The notes: generated by a model not told the origin, from the letters alone. A stretch of 64,000 nucleotides of DNA from Phallusia mammillata (GCA_965637545.1 OZ281496.1:24676001-24740000), one strand, 5' to 3'. Shown: positions 39,001 to 54,000, counted from the first letter of the stretch. Numbers and translations are program-made.

Positions 39001-42000
39001 TCCGTATTTTGTGTGTAAGTATTCAAACTAACTTACTACCGTAATTCAAAACATTTATCAGTTTCCACATTTTCAACAGCTATCAAGCGATTATAACCAA
39101 CAGTCTTTCCCTATTTATAGTAATTTACCTACTTTACTTTTCTGGGTATTAAAATAAAAAAATCACGTCGAATGTACGTCTAGGTATGTGTGTATGTAGT
39201 ATATGTAACTGTTATGTTGCGTTTGTTGATCATAAACATATTACATCCTAAACGCTTAGTCATTGAGGCCAAGCTATTTCAAATCCCAACGCCTGAAAAT
39301 TAATCTTACCCCTCTGACCCATATGGATATTTGTGGAAGATACCTAACCGTCATTTCAGTCCGTTGAAACATTGTTTTAATATGTCAATGTATATTTCAT
39401 ACCCCATCGGTCCCGACGAGGTTTTGTTACAATGACAACTCGTGTATTTCCCGCCAGATGAATGGCGATTTGGCGCGAACACAGGTATAGTGTTACCTAT
39501 CACGAGACGAATCACAGGCCAGTGACACAACTCTGCGCAATAAAGGGCCTTTGTGACGTTCCCACGAGCTTTGTTTTTGGTGCACCGTTGTGGTATCCGA
39601 TATCGTCGGGGTATGTAACCCCATCGGACCCATATAGCCCCAATCGCACCCCGAAAAATATCAAATATCATTCGCGTATTGTAGGTATTAAAAACGACCG
39701 TTAGAATGTTCGGTTATAAATGAGTGATACGTTATAGTTGTTCATTTCAGTTAGTCCTTGCGTCGTGGTTGGCAGCAATATCTGTTCGTTCTGAACAGAA
39801 GGGTATATAGCTTATGCGTATGGTTGAAGTGTGTTAGCGTGTAGTTTGTGTGGAAGCGTGCAGTTGTTGTGTAGCTTAATGGTACTGGACCCATTTTGTC
39901 AGCAACTAGTCACCCGTTCATTTTGATGTAGTCTAGTTGTGGTTACGTATATTGCGGGTAGATTTATGCTTAGGACTTGATCAATACACTTGGTAACTAA
40001 CTTTACGCACTGGGTAGGGTAAAGCAATCACGCCAAAGTTGAATATAAAAACCGTTGGATTTGAAGAATGTGGGAACGGTGGGCCTGTCCGAACGCAGGT
40101 CGGGACACGCCAGACCGTTGTTTGCTCGTATAGCGCGTAGCGCCACGCAGCGGTCGCGTCGTAGCGCTTATAAAAGATAGGAACCGGCTTTCGAATTGTG
40201 ATCAGTTACTAAGGGACGCTATCCCGTTTTCTCTTGCTCTCGTTTCTTTGGAATTTCTTGTTTCTTCTTTATCTTTACTGGAATTTCGACCAATCAGCGA
40301 AGGTTATTTCAGAGCCGTATTAAGAAAAGAATCAAGAGGAAAGAGGACAACAAGTTTTAAGGCAGCTGTATGAGGTGTTTCTTTATGCCAAAATCTCGCA
40401 TATGTGAAGTTAGCTCGGTGTTTGGGTAGTTCATTTCGGCAAAGTTTGTCAAAGAGGCAGGTCGTTGTGTAATATGTGAGGTCAAAATGACGCTTAAACC
40501 AGTTGTAAAGCTTCAAAAAAGGCATATTTGCGCGATCTGGACTTAATACAGGTAAAAGAGTGTACTAGTAAAAGCTTATATAAGGTTACTACGAGGAGGA
40601 CAACTTAAAACTTGGATAAAACTGAACTTCATCTTTAGGAAGCTTGATTTTATGCTATAGGGCGGCATTTTGTTGCCAAAAAAGTAGATGTGGCCGATGT
40701 ATTCTTAGGATTTTCCTTAGGTTTAAAAAAGATTAAAACAGAACAGAGTGATGATTTAAGTGATTTTAGACCAGTTTTTATATCGTTTTATCTTCAGAGA
40801 ATATAGTAAAACAAAATTCAGGGTGCATGGTTGTATAAGGCGCAGCAGCTTGAAAGAATATTCCCGAAACTGAATTAGCCGAGAAAAAGCCAATGCACTT
40901 GGGAGGTATGGAGATTGCCTCGACCCCCATTTACGGAATAAAGGACACGAAGGACTTTATGAAAGTGCAGCAGATGGACATGAACCATATTGTCGTGCAG
41001 AACGGAAACATGAGGGTAAGATTGTAGCGATTGGGCTTCTTTCTTCATCTTTCCCTCATGCTTTTTTTATTACTCCATGATATTTTTTTCGTTGCCGCTA
41101 GTGATTACAATGGCTGAATACATTGACAGTGGCTTAGTTTAGAGTTCTGTATTAATTTGCTGTTTGCAAAGTTGGTTTCCTGTGGAAAGCTTAGCAGTTT
41201 ATTTTTTTAAATTGCAAGCGAGGGCACAAAAAATTAAGCGATGCAAGAGCCAATAGAAGTGACCAATGTTATAATGTTCAGCAAAAAAAATAATTACAAA
41301 AACGATTCTGCTTGTTATTGTAAAACAATTCTCGTAAGTTCAGCAAGGCAAATCGCAGCTTTTTTCCGGTGCAAAAAACAAACTGAGAAAAATGGTGGTA
41401 TCGGAGAGCCATAAATAATAGGATTTCGCAATCAATACGGTGTGTTACAATTTTCTGGATAAACTCGAATAATCAGCTTTTCATTAAGATTCTGCTTCGG
41501 TAAAATCAGCAACATAATCACAGTTGTAATTCCCGTTAAAAGTTTGACAACGATTTTTCAATGGTTGATCATGTTTGAAATCGAGACCCCATGTCCTTAA
41601 CAGTTTCAAATTTCCAGATGTTTTCCCGGTGCAAGAGCATCAACATCCCGCGCACTTTGTACCCGATGAGTCGAGTCGGCGTCCCGGGTATTTAACAAAC
41701 AAAATTTACGGCGGTATATGTCATCGAGGACACGTCGCAACATGTACATGCATTGTTTGTCATGCATTACAAACTGCAGCATAAACTTTTTAAACTTGCA
41801 AACTTTACGGCTGCCCAAACACTGGGGAAAGTCTCTACCTGGCGCTGAAGCCTAACACCCGTTTAAGCTTGTGACGATTTATGGTATCTTAACAAACCTA
41901 AGTATGTTTTATATGCATATGGCTTATAGGGCATTTAAATTTAACGGCTGTAAAGTTGAAAAGGGTAGTTGGTCTGCTCGAAAAAGGACACCTGTTGTGC

Positions 42001-45000
42001 ACAAAATGCCCAATTTCGCCATTCGTTTAGAAAGCATGTGTTTCTATGCGTTGAGGAGTGTTTCGTGTTCTGGGCTTGAAACATGGCGAGGTAAAGAAAA
42101 CTTTAGAAAAAATTGGCATTCGTTAGTATTGAGGGCGAAGAAAACCGTTATTCATAGTCCCACTGTTTTTAATCTTACGTTTTTAAGTCCAAACTGTTCG
42201 CCATTAAGTACTATCGCTGACCGCTTATATAACAGCTATGGCGTTTTTGTGTAGTATTGCGAGTCAAAAGTGTTTTGCACTAGTTGTATTTGCCAGTATA
42301 TGTGCAGATACGTGGTTATTGTTGCGGCTAGTGCTTTTCTCGATTTTAAAGTTATTAAAAACGCCACATTACCATAAGTTCAGTTAGGCAAAGACTTTGC
42401 ATTTTACACACTGTAAATCATTTGTCGGGCGGTTGCAAGCAGTTTCATAGATTTTTATTTCAGCAGTTTCATACAGTTTTTGTTCAAAGTTCCCAACGGG
42501 GAAACCCAAATCATTGTTTGATGGCAGTTATAGTGTTATCGCAACGCGACTTTTTGCTCACCGACCGTTACTTTGCAAAACAGACAAAAGTAGTTAATGT
42601 TGGATTTAGGGTCGGTAAACATTAGTCTGGTGTTTGATAATGAGAGATAGGTCGTTTTGTGATCGAAGCTACTATGCTAATCGCAAAGTCAGTAAATTTG
42701 TCGGAAGTTGTAAAGGACCGATGTGGTTGTTAACTGAAGCTAACGGGGCAATAATTCTATTTGTATTGTGGGATTACGGGCAAAAAAACACCCAAACAAA
42801 GTGTAACTTTGGTTGCCAAGTGGCTTGAATGAGGATTATACACGATAAATACGGCCATCGCTCGGTTAAGATTTAGTATTTTGTTTACCTTTTCCGCAAT
42901 TTAATTTGGAGTAACATCCGTGTGCATTTACTGTAATTAGGCCAACTGAGCACATTTTGATAAAAATTAACTTGGTCGAATTTCGTGTGATGGCTGTGGT
43001 GTTACATAAGTTACCCTGAATGTAGGCACATCAGGCCTATTGTAACTTCCGTATATGTTTGAATTTCCCAAAACACGTTTAGCTTTTTTTAGTGTCTTTG
43101 TACATTTTTTTGAAGTTTCTATGGAATCTATAGTCTTACTTAAATTTCTTTCTATATTTAAATGAAGATTATTTTGAAATGCAGTTTGGCGTAAGATGTT
43201 GTCTAGCTGGGGTTCATCGCTGTTACCTCATCTATTGAAGTGAGACAACAAGCCTGTTGGCTTTAAATCGACTTTCCCCGACTTGTTTGCTAAATTCCAT
43301 CCAACGAGATTCAAATTCGACTTCAAACCGCCGAGCTCACGTCACAAACACACAGGGTCTGACGTAGGCGACGGCTGGCTCAACTTCGCTAGAATGCTCA
43401 TAAATCTGTCGCGATAGTTTGCTGTTTAAATATCCAAATGTAATCCAGTTAGATCAACGGTTCTTTCTCGGTTTAGAAGCTCCTAAATCCTATCGACCCC
43501 CTGCGCGAAATGTAAGGGCCGAAAACAGTCCAAAAGAAATCTGTATTATGAAAAGTTGTTTTGCTTTGTCTATAATAGTCTCAGCTTTACGAAATTGAAA
43601 AGGTCTTTAAAAAAGTTGTTTTGCTTTCATTACTGTCCAAAATAGTCCCAGCATTACGGAATGGAAAGGTTTTGGACAGCTTGTATGGTTCCGTAATTTG
43701 TGGCTTTAATGGCGCATTTTCTTCTGACGTAATCAATTCTGTTTGTAATATCGCTGTGAAAATTGAGGCTTTCAATAACGTTGTGTAATTGCAGCAAACG
43801 CGCTGCATCGAACATATGTCGTTTTCCAGCACGCGACAGTTACGTCACCCTAGTGTTTTCGTATATGTATTAAATATGCATGCAGTTTCTTTTCTCCCGT
43901 TCCCAACTTTCGTACGTAATCATGCGCACCTGTTAAAACACATACTCGAAAACTCGCTTATCGCAGATTACACATCGCGATCTAACCATGATCACTCTCT
44001 TGGCATTTATTGCCTCGTTGGATTAAAGAGCCAGTGTCGTAGAGCCACACAAACAAACACTAATAGGGCGTTGATGTTTGCCGCTTCAAGTCCAAAGACC
44101 GCCTTTGAAAACTTCTGCTATAAGGTAGTGCTGATATTTTTGGTGGTTAGTTATAGGACGTCGGACAATTTCATCTCAACGTTACATGTATTATTTTTTC
44201 CAGAACAGATTTAATTGAAATCGAGGCATTGACACGGTTTCTTCATTTCTGTGGTCTTGAATAGCCAACCTCTGTCTGTATGCATAAAATGCCGAGTCAC
44301 TCACACCCGTTAGGTGACGCTAGCACGAGCGTGGCATTTCCTAAACAAAAACGCGATACCTTGTTAAAATGCCGTTCTTCAAATTTAGCAAGCGAGGTGT
44401 TTTCCAATCAATAAATCCTTTTTATTCGAAATGCATTTGATTGATTTTTGTTGTTGTTTGCAATATTATCAAAGAAGTATGTAAAGTAAAATGAACTTTT
44501 ATTGTTTTAAATCGCGTTTAAGCGTTTGCATTTTATTCCAAAGACATTTTTTTAATATTTTGCAAAATATTGATTTTTTTCCTATAAATACGCAAATGTA
44601 CCAAGTTCTAGACTTAAATCAAATCTGTCAGTTTAGGCTTTGCAAACCTGGCGACAGTTTTATTACTTCGGAGCAATACGTTACTTTAAAATCACGCATA
44701 CGTTTAAAGAAAATATTTGTTTTGTCCTTTTGCCGTGGCGGCTCACGGACCCTTTCCATTCAAACCGCCCATTGTTTCGAATTCGGAAACGTTTTCGCGA
44801 CGACACGACGCTCGATCTAACCCCATACTTTGCTTTTTTCCTTTTTCGCCTTTCCCTCTCTCGTTGGCTCGGGTCACGAAAAGGCTTATTTGTTTTCATC
44901 ATAACCAAGCATTGTCTTGTCAAAAGTTTTCGTTTGTTCGTTAATAACGACTACCGTTGCTCGCCCAAGCTTTCTCTCGTTGCGCCACGGCGATTTAAAT

Positions 45001-48000
45001 CGACGCACCCAGGCCGTGACCCCATACTGAAGGCTTGTGCCCCGTCAGCTGTTTAGGCACAGGATAGTTTCGGAAACTTGCGGTTAGCGTGGAATATATT
45101 AAAGTTTACAAAGAGTAGCAACAGATGTTTTAGAAAATTGATGTTGTGTTTAGTTGACTCCTTGCTTTTCAGTCAACATGAGGTTACGATGGTGCGTAAT
45201 TGATTTAGACCAACTGATAATACTTTACATTTAATCTCGGTTATTTTAACGTAAAAAAGCACTAATTTGCCAGTTTTGTAATCAGCCAGGCCGCTGCAGA
45301 GGAGAGTATTTGGTGTTGCGTTCTAGCAATTAATAGGATTTACTTTTGCAAGTTGTTATGCCGAAGGAGTTAATCCTTTCTAACATTCTTTGTTTCTTTT
45401 AATACAGCCGTATCTATTTTTCTATGTGACTTGATTAAATTATTTAGTTTTCTATATTACTTCTGCGATTCGTACTACACCGCTTCCCTGTGATCATGTT
45501 AAAACTGTGTATGCCAGACGACAGGCCCCTCACTGTATCGCCGACACCATTTTTTGATTTTGAAGAGGTAATAGAAAACCCTTGTGTTGATTTAAAACTT
45601 TCCGCCAAGCTGAGACTTGTTTTGTCTCGTTGATCTGAAGCTAATGTGTTTAAACGTCTGCCACCTGTGCTACATGCAAATTTGCATGATCTGTGTTTGG
45701 AAATCAAGAAATAAAAGTAACCAGTTTGGACTTGTTTTATACATTGCTCTGTTATATGCAAATTTACCATGACATATGCAAACGTTTTACAAGTTTATCG
45801 GTTTTTTTTTCATTATGGTTTGTTTTAAACTTGAGTTAAACATCGATATTAATTCCCCTGTGCTGCTTATAATTGTTCCTTAAATGGCTAGATGTTAGAA
45901 ACGTCAATATTGGCAAAACACAATTCTTAATTTATTTTTTACCCAAGACCGTAAAATTCCCACCGTTTGCCTCTGACGTATAGATTAAATAAACTTTAAA
46001 ATTAGTTACCAATACGACAACGTGACCCGGACGTTTTTCCATCTTCAAACTCCGCATCCTGTTTTTACTACCACCGAAACGTCAAATCACTCCACTCGAA
46101 TCAACGACAGCACCGTGTCAGTCATCGCGCGCTTTCTATAAATGCGCAGCCGTCAATTTAACTACGGCACCGGACATATTGGAAAGCACGTTTGCCGCAC
46201 CCCGAGTAAAAACATTCCGTGGCGACGTCCCCGTATAGTCACAACACAAGGTTTTTTTATTCTCACATCTGTTGATAGTGAGCAGGTCGTTGTAAACGTA
46301 CTCGGACATCGGTACGTGTGAGTTTTGGACCCCATTGCCCTGCGACATGGCCCCCGCTACGGCTACTTGGGCATCAATCGACGCCTGGATATGAGCCACG
46401 CGACTGGCGTTTCCGTTTTGCCCCTTAGTTTCGCGCCTGGAGACGTTTACTTCCTGTGTGCTCATCTTTAGGGGTTGCTTCGGCCACGTGGTTCGCTGCT
46501 TGGCAACCCGCAAATTTTTTGGAATGTGCACGTGTTGCGCATCCTATCCTATGTTATTTCTCTGTTTAACAAAATGTACGTTATGTTTCAGAATGGCTAC
46601 CAATGTGCGCCCACTTATAGCAACAACGGTTTGATGAGAACCTACTCTACCGACCTTTCCCAACACAACAATGTAAGTTTCTACTTGTGGATCTATGTTT
46701 CTTTTAGTAAACCGTTTAAATGACCTGTGGTTACCCCCACCTAAATGGATGACCTTGAGTAACCCGAAGTCACTTTTCAGGTGACCAGCATTCCAAGTAG
46801 CCTCGTTGTGACGCAGCCAAATATGGTACACCAGCAAACCCACACTACCCCTATGGGTTACCACTCCAGCAGCCCCAACAACGTTGACGGCACCAACAGC
46901 ACCCATAGCAGCCCTTATACTCCAAGCCCCAACGCCGGGTACGAGTACCCAACATCACCCCCAACAACAAAACCGTCCATACCCTCCAGGTAAGACTTTG
47001 TTTTGTGTTGTGATTTACAAAGAAATACAAAGGGAGTCTCGCTGTTGAAACTCCTTTTTAACTAAATTCTTTGTCGGATTTGGAAAACAAATAAAAATGG
47101 AATAAAAAGTATTCCTCTGGTTAGCCTAAACCGTTTGGTACGCTAAAAAAACGTTTTCGAAAGACACAGTCTGCTGTATTGGTGTTGCGACTGCATTAAA
47201 GAATAAAAACTACCTACACCAACTTGTTAAACTGGTTGTAAACGGCCTGTCAAAAAGCGCAATTTTTACCGGTATTTGAAGATCCCTATTGAAACGTGTT
47301 GGGGTAAACTATAAATTTAATACTTACTTGTATCAATATGCACGTTGTGGGGGAGAGACGCCCACTTGAACTATTGTTCCATTGTGGCACATTGTTGGTT
47401 TGGCCTCTCTTACAATTTCGTTCAGATTAAAACCGTTATTTTGTGTGGTTTGTTAACTTTCCGGTTTTAAAATTCTATTTCTGCGCAAGATTGAGCTATT
47501 GCTTATGAAAGAACAATATTTTATTAATTTTGCAGGTTTTTCCTTTGCACAAAAAAAAATAAAATTGTTTTTGTTTTGAACTAAATAATTTATATAATTC
47601 TCATTAACTTGAACCTAAAAATAAACAGAATCAGTCAATAAAGTAATTTTAAGGTATATTTCGCCTAAATGGCATATTTAGTTCTTATGAAACCAGCGGG
47701 TTAAAATTCCCTGTGGAAAAAAGGTTTTTAGGATTATCGGTTGAAAAAAACGTATTGTTTACAACCACCATTGTTTTCAGTACCTCACACTTTAAACTTT
47801 TTTAAACGCACCCCTTCTCAAACCTCAAACCGTCGTGATCGTTGTATTTGCCTTAGATCTGAAATCAGCCGGTTTAAGTCGCAATTGTCTGTTGGGTTAG
47901 ATGTCTATTTGCGTCTTGCGGTCATTTAACCGTAAGTCCACACTCACACCCAACGCCTCGGCCCCGAACAGATAATAGACATCAAAATTCGAATGAGCGA

Positions 48001-51000
48001 TGGTATTTGCGTTAGGTTTCTCGTCACCGTAATGCAATGTTAAAGAGACAATCAGGGCTTTTCTCAATCTTAACCGAACTGTGGTTCAACTAAAATGTTT
48101 GTCAGAGTGTAAAATAGCATTGAAATTTAAATGAATTATAAACATGTTAAAAAAACGTGTGGTTTTTTGCGTACAAGAGTTTAATTGCATGGAATTCAGG
48201 CTCTATTAAGCGGGGTGAGTTTTTGCTCCAAAAGAGTATTCTAAAGCAAATTATATAATTATAATTACTCCTAAACAATATATTTTTTGTGATATTGTTT
48301 TTGTTTTGTATATCCATCCATTCAATTTCTTGTTGGTAAATCCACACAGTTGGGCTTCCGTTGGGCGAGGCTCCATCAATCGATTCTCCAATTGCCTTTT
48401 CCCTTTAAACTTTCACTCGCGGCTGCTTTTATCGTTTGTGGTCAGCGTACACAGATTGGACAAAAACGAGGGGAACTTTTTCGGAAGCCACCGAAAAAAT
48501 CGCCTTAAATGCCCGCCGACGATCAATCATTTTGCACAGGCTGAGCTAATCCCTCTCGGCAAATATTATCAGGCGCAATCCAAGGCGTTGCCCGCAGTCG
48601 GGAATGGTCATAAATTACGCACGCACGCTCCTTTAACAACAGTTACCATAGACGCCAAATAACAATATTAGCCGGGGCACAATGCCTTAGCTTGGCGAGC
48701 AGTAAAACTTCTCTATTTGCGCAGAGTAGCCTCGCCCTTTCTACAGCGCTCCGTTTGTGCGACAAATACCACTAGTTTATATTGCAAACGCTCGGCTTTT
48801 GATGACTTCGTGACGCTGGTCTTAGCCCAACGGCCGTTTCCAATGCTGGAATGCGTGTGCTTCCAACGTCTGTGTCTTGTATCATATTGCTTGATACGTT
48901 TTGCCCGTTATTATAAAGACTTAAACTTATAGCATTAGGGGGGTTAACTCCGCCATTTTGATTTAATGGTCCTCCTTGGTATTTTGGATAAAAGTGGCAT
49001 GTTTGTCTTCGTTGCAAAAATATAACCTGCCATGAAATAACACAAACATACACGGTTTTGCGACCCATTGTCGTTGAGATATTACAAAGTTTTTAAGTTT
49101 GACATTAATTTCTTTATATCGGTATCACCCATAAACCCACTAAAGTTTAATCGCGTAGCTAAAAACCGCATTGTATGATATTCGTCTAGTTCGGAATTTC
49201 TTCTCTGCAATAATGCGTCACAAGTAAGGGTTATGACGCAAAACTGCCCTGTTTTCCCTTTACTTGGCTGTGATCACGTGACGAGACAAAAGTGCTCGCG
49301 TTTGAACTCGTGACTCATCAGTCAAATCACTCGAAAAGAAATTAACTTTATTAAAATCGTTTTGAGAGAAAATGTTCTGGCCTATACAGTTCAAAGCGAG
49401 ATTCTTTATGTATTGCTTCTCACATGAGATGTGATTTGACATTTGTTTCGCATTGGTGGGAATGCCTTACTGTGATGCTTGGGACTTCAAATTCGTATTC
49501 GCACCCTGAGCTAACGTTTATCCTTCGCTGAATAACTTTCTTCGCAAAACGGGAGAAACTCCTTCATTTGGCGTTACTCGACAAATACACGGAAATATAG
49601 AATCGCCCGATCATTGTTGAAAGTCCATTGTAGTCAACCCTATTGCTCTTACTGTTACAAAAGCCATTATACTGCTCTGTTTATTTTGTATAATAATGGC
49701 CCGGCTTATATCTGACTGTATGGCGGCGTTGTAATAACACTGTACAACTTTGGGAACGGTTAGGCTTTTCTAGTTTTCGATAAATTGTGTTCCCTCTGCG
49801 ATATGATTTCTATTTTGTTCAATATCGGACGTGAGACCAATGTTCCGTAACGCCCATTTGCCTTTGAAGTTTGACACATTTTAAATAGAATGTCGGCTTG
49901 CTTTGTCATGTGGTAAAGCTGCGCATACATCGCATTTTATGCTACTGGGTTTAATTCCACGTGTGCTTTAAAACGCTGGAATTTAAACTTGAAGTGTGTG
50001 TGACTTTTTTGCACGTAGGTGTATGTTTGATGTTTAATTTTTTCATGTTTACCAATTTTTGTTATCTTTGCTTACGAGACAAATTCATCTGATACATATA
50101 TATTACGTGTTTGGTACTAAACTTGTAAAAATACATTTTTCTTGCATAAAAATGTATTGTTACCTGCGTAGCAAAATGACACAAACAGTTACTATTGTAA
50201 ACTTAAACTTTCCTTTTATGTTTTTCCAGCACTGATTATGCGGGCGAATTTGATTTCCACATTAACTTCGGTGAAGCGACGGAATCTGCTCCCAAGAGTG
50301 CGCAATACACTGTAAGTTACCAATAGCAACATTCTGCAAATCAGCGCTCAGATACGTTACCAAGCAGCCAATTATTTTTGAAACAAGTCAAAAGCTGTAA
50401 ATTTCCATCTTCCATTGATTCACAATCTTGTGATAAATTTCGCTTTTGGTAAATTACGAAGCATATTAGGCCGGTTTGATTGCTTACTGTCTTATATATG
50501 GAAAGTAAATTTGCAAGGTGTTACAGTTTTGTAAATCTTTAATACAATTTCTCAAGTAAAATTTCCATATATCGCACCCCTTACAAAATTGTTTTATCCA
50601 CAATTCATACTTCACTCAGTTTTATTTACAATTTAACACACATGCGCATGAATCAAACATGTCTAGCGTGTGTGCCAACCACAGTTTGAAGGTGGACGTT
50701 GCCAATAGATACCGTTGTTGGTGTCGTCTTTCATACACTTGAGTATTTTTCTCCATTCTGGCCATTTCATTCATAATTCGTTGTCCTTCACGTTCTTGAT
50801 GACTACTAGCGGCACCTTCTGTCGCCATAAGTGTTGACTTTTCGCCGGTGCTTTTTTATGAATTGGACCGATTATAGTGGGATTATTGTATATTAGTTTG
50901 AATCACTCTGTCAGACAAACGCTTTCAAACACTTCTCCCTTTAATTTTTTTAGTACACATTGTTTGTTTCAAAAATAAAATATTCCATGGCCAAAAACGA

Positions 51001-54000
51001 TTCAAGTCGGTAATGTGGCCTAAATGTTTTAGTGTGGAAATAACCCAAGAAATTATGTAGGGTTTACAACAAACCGAAAAGTCTGGTACCTTAAGACTAT
51101 GCTTAACATTACTTTTTAAAGTTAAAAAACATATTCCATACCTTATTCCAATCAAGGGCCACGGCGCCGCCAAGTCCTCCAAATCACCACTCGACCGTCC
51201 TCAAAATTCGTGTGGCCAGTTGGGATTATTAGCACTTGCCGCGTGGATTTGTAACAACATAGGCGCGGCGCCTTCAAAGGCATTGATTCCTTATGAATAT
51301 ATGTTATTCCTTTGATATTTGTTTGACTTCTTACGCTCTGCAAAGCATTTTGTTCCTTCATTAAAGTTAAATCCCCTAAAGAATTTGTGAATATCTTTCT
51401 GTTTACAAATTTTGAAACTAAATCGTGCTTTTGAGTGTTTAAGTAGTCAAAACATACGACACTGCGTTTGCATGGAATGAAAAGTAAAAAGCATTCTAAG
51501 TTACTTGACAAGACATAACCTGTTTTTCGGGTAAACCTTGACCACGACGGGAAGTGCCCCTTTTACGTCACACCACACCACGTGACTGCCTAATCTAGCC
51601 ATTGTTTCGTCATAGACGCTGTGCAGGCGACTGCTTGGTGGTTGTCAAGTATCGGTGCTCTTCGAAATCAGTTGGATTTAGGCGATATAGTCTATGTGCT
51701 CTGCTGCCATTAGACTGCCACCCGTTAGCCGATGTCTATGCACGCAGCGTGTCTGGTCTTAATCCACTACCTTGTCTATGTGTCTAGTGCCGGCCACCCG
51801 TAAAGCCTTTCTGTGGCTTGCTAGGTGTACGGCGCCTTAACAGTTGCGCTTGTCCCAATTTTACGTCCAATTTAACCCGTAATCCCCGTTAATTGAACGC
51901 CGAGGTCGTGAGGCGAACATTGTAGCGTTTTTCACTGTAAAAGCTTTCCTTGGTTTGCAAAGTATGTGCACCCGCTTTATAAATCAGTACTTGAATTGAA
52001 ACATCGTATTTAGATAGAATAGATGTAACACTGCGTATCGACATGAGGTTCAAAGCTTTTCCAAGGGCACACGTTTGTTTTCTACCTTGTTTCATTGTGT
52101 AGCTTCATTGTTTACTACTGTGCCTTTCAAGATCAAACGAACACCCACGCTTGCTTTGTAAATACCTCAACCCGTAAAAAAACAACCAAACATACAAATA
52201 AAGCGCAGTGCCATATGGACACGGCAGTTATCAAACACCCACCCCCAGACTTCAAGCAAAACCCCTTGGCAGCTGGCTAAGTACAAGAAACGGGCAGCCT
52301 TTATTTGACCACGCCAGTTCGACGGCCCTTACCACTCAATTGAGGTTTTATTGGATCCGTGTTGGTCCCTAGGCCCCAGCGTATTAGTCCCATTGTGTTG
52401 AGTGGCACCTCTCTGCGTTGGTTTCGCCTGGACGCGGCTGTGCATATACGAGCGTTCCCCGCCAAGGCCCCCGGATAAAGGAATTTATTTATTACGTGCC
52501 ATGCGGTTTCTTAAACCCGTGCCTGTCGTGTCGTTTTGGACGTTTTGAAGCCTTGTTAGCGGTCGGAAATGGAGTATGACGGTTGGCTATGTCTCGTAAT
52601 GAACTACCCATATACATGTCTCCCATACACCATAGACGCCATTGATGTACATAAATATACGCATATATCATTTTTATACAAAAATTTTCACTCGCTGCAA
52701 TGTCGTGCCGTTAACCGAGATGTTTCTTGTCTGTAATTTCGTGTAAGTTTTTGCAAGGGCGCAGTGCGTCATCACAAAATACTCAACTGGAGTTTATTTA
52801 TTTTTTACTTTTTTACATTACATTTTCCAATAGACAAATACTGTATGCCTTTTTTCAGTATTCACATCAACTGAACAAGCTCTTCGTAAAAATGAACGTG
52901 ACCTGTCCAGTACGCTTTAAGTGTTCGCGGCCCCCGCCAATGAACAGCGTCATTCGGGCAGTAGCGGTTTTCAAACGACCTGAACACGTGACTGACGTCG
53001 TCACGAGGTGTCCTAACCACAGGATTCCCGATGAAGGTGAGAAATGATTATGCCTAAAAATCAATATTGGTGTAAACGTTTTGGTATTGTGTGACACTTG
53101 ACATGCTGTTGTTTGGCTTTATCAGTTTATAACTTACGCTTGTTTCACATATTTTCATTCAAAAAATCACATAGGAAAATGTTTTTTATCAACCAAGTTT
53201 AGTATGTGATACCATTATGTTTTGACTTCAATAAACTTTGTTGTAATATCACTATGCTTAAGGCTTCAAACAATAAAGCCAGCAGTTGACGTTACGTACG
53301 TTGATAAGTCGGCAACTGTACTCAACAACATCAAAGCGTACAGCAACACATTTACATACATATCATATAATGTGGTCGGCAACGTTCTACTTAGCCCGTA
53401 CAAAAACCTTGGGAACACGGCGCTGTGAGAACCAGTAACTTCTTGTCACAATCACCAACAAGCCCGCAATTACTTTCACACGGGTAAACCATTCAAGAAG
53501 CCGGGGACTGCCCGAGAATTCGCCGAAGTCCTAAAACAACTAGACGCTCTCAGGAACCGTTACAGTCTTGTTCCGATATCACGGCCAACAAGACCGAGGT
53601 ACACGGCCTCGCCCGAGAATCGTTGATTAATATTTGCCTTCGCTCGTGACGCGACTTGGAGATGAAACGTGTTGTTTCAGTGTTGGGTACATGTTACCTT
53701 TCGCTGGCCTCAAGTGCCTGGGAAAATATTTCTCGACAGCCGATTTCATAACTCGCGAAGTGGCTGCGCGTTTGTTCAAGCTGATTTGATCGCATGTGAG
53801 GTGTTGGGTTCGCATTGGCAATCGGGCTGATGTTAGCACAGCGGAGTGTTAGTCAATAAGTCTAAGAGCTTGAATGTGCGTATCTTTTAAATAATCACCA
53901 AAGCTTTAAATAATTTCAACATTGCTTCATTCCCTTTCGATTCAAATTTTGACCTACTGCAGTTTTTATGTTGCAAACCTTTTTTAAACTTCGAAAATTC

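Noticed and set aside
39230-41080. CRESS/circovirus or parvovirus identity for elements A/B; also TGA-as-Trp recoding
   Set aside because: No nonanucleotide in a stem-loop and no HUH or SF3 helicase motif. The frames contain TAA/TAG as well as TGA, which points to decay rather than an alternative code.
53490-53605. NPY/NPF-like peptide (..[17 protein letters not shown])
   Set aside because: No Gly-Lys-Arg amidation/cleavage site after RPRY, helix spacing differs, and an upstream in-frame stop is present; probably coincidental.
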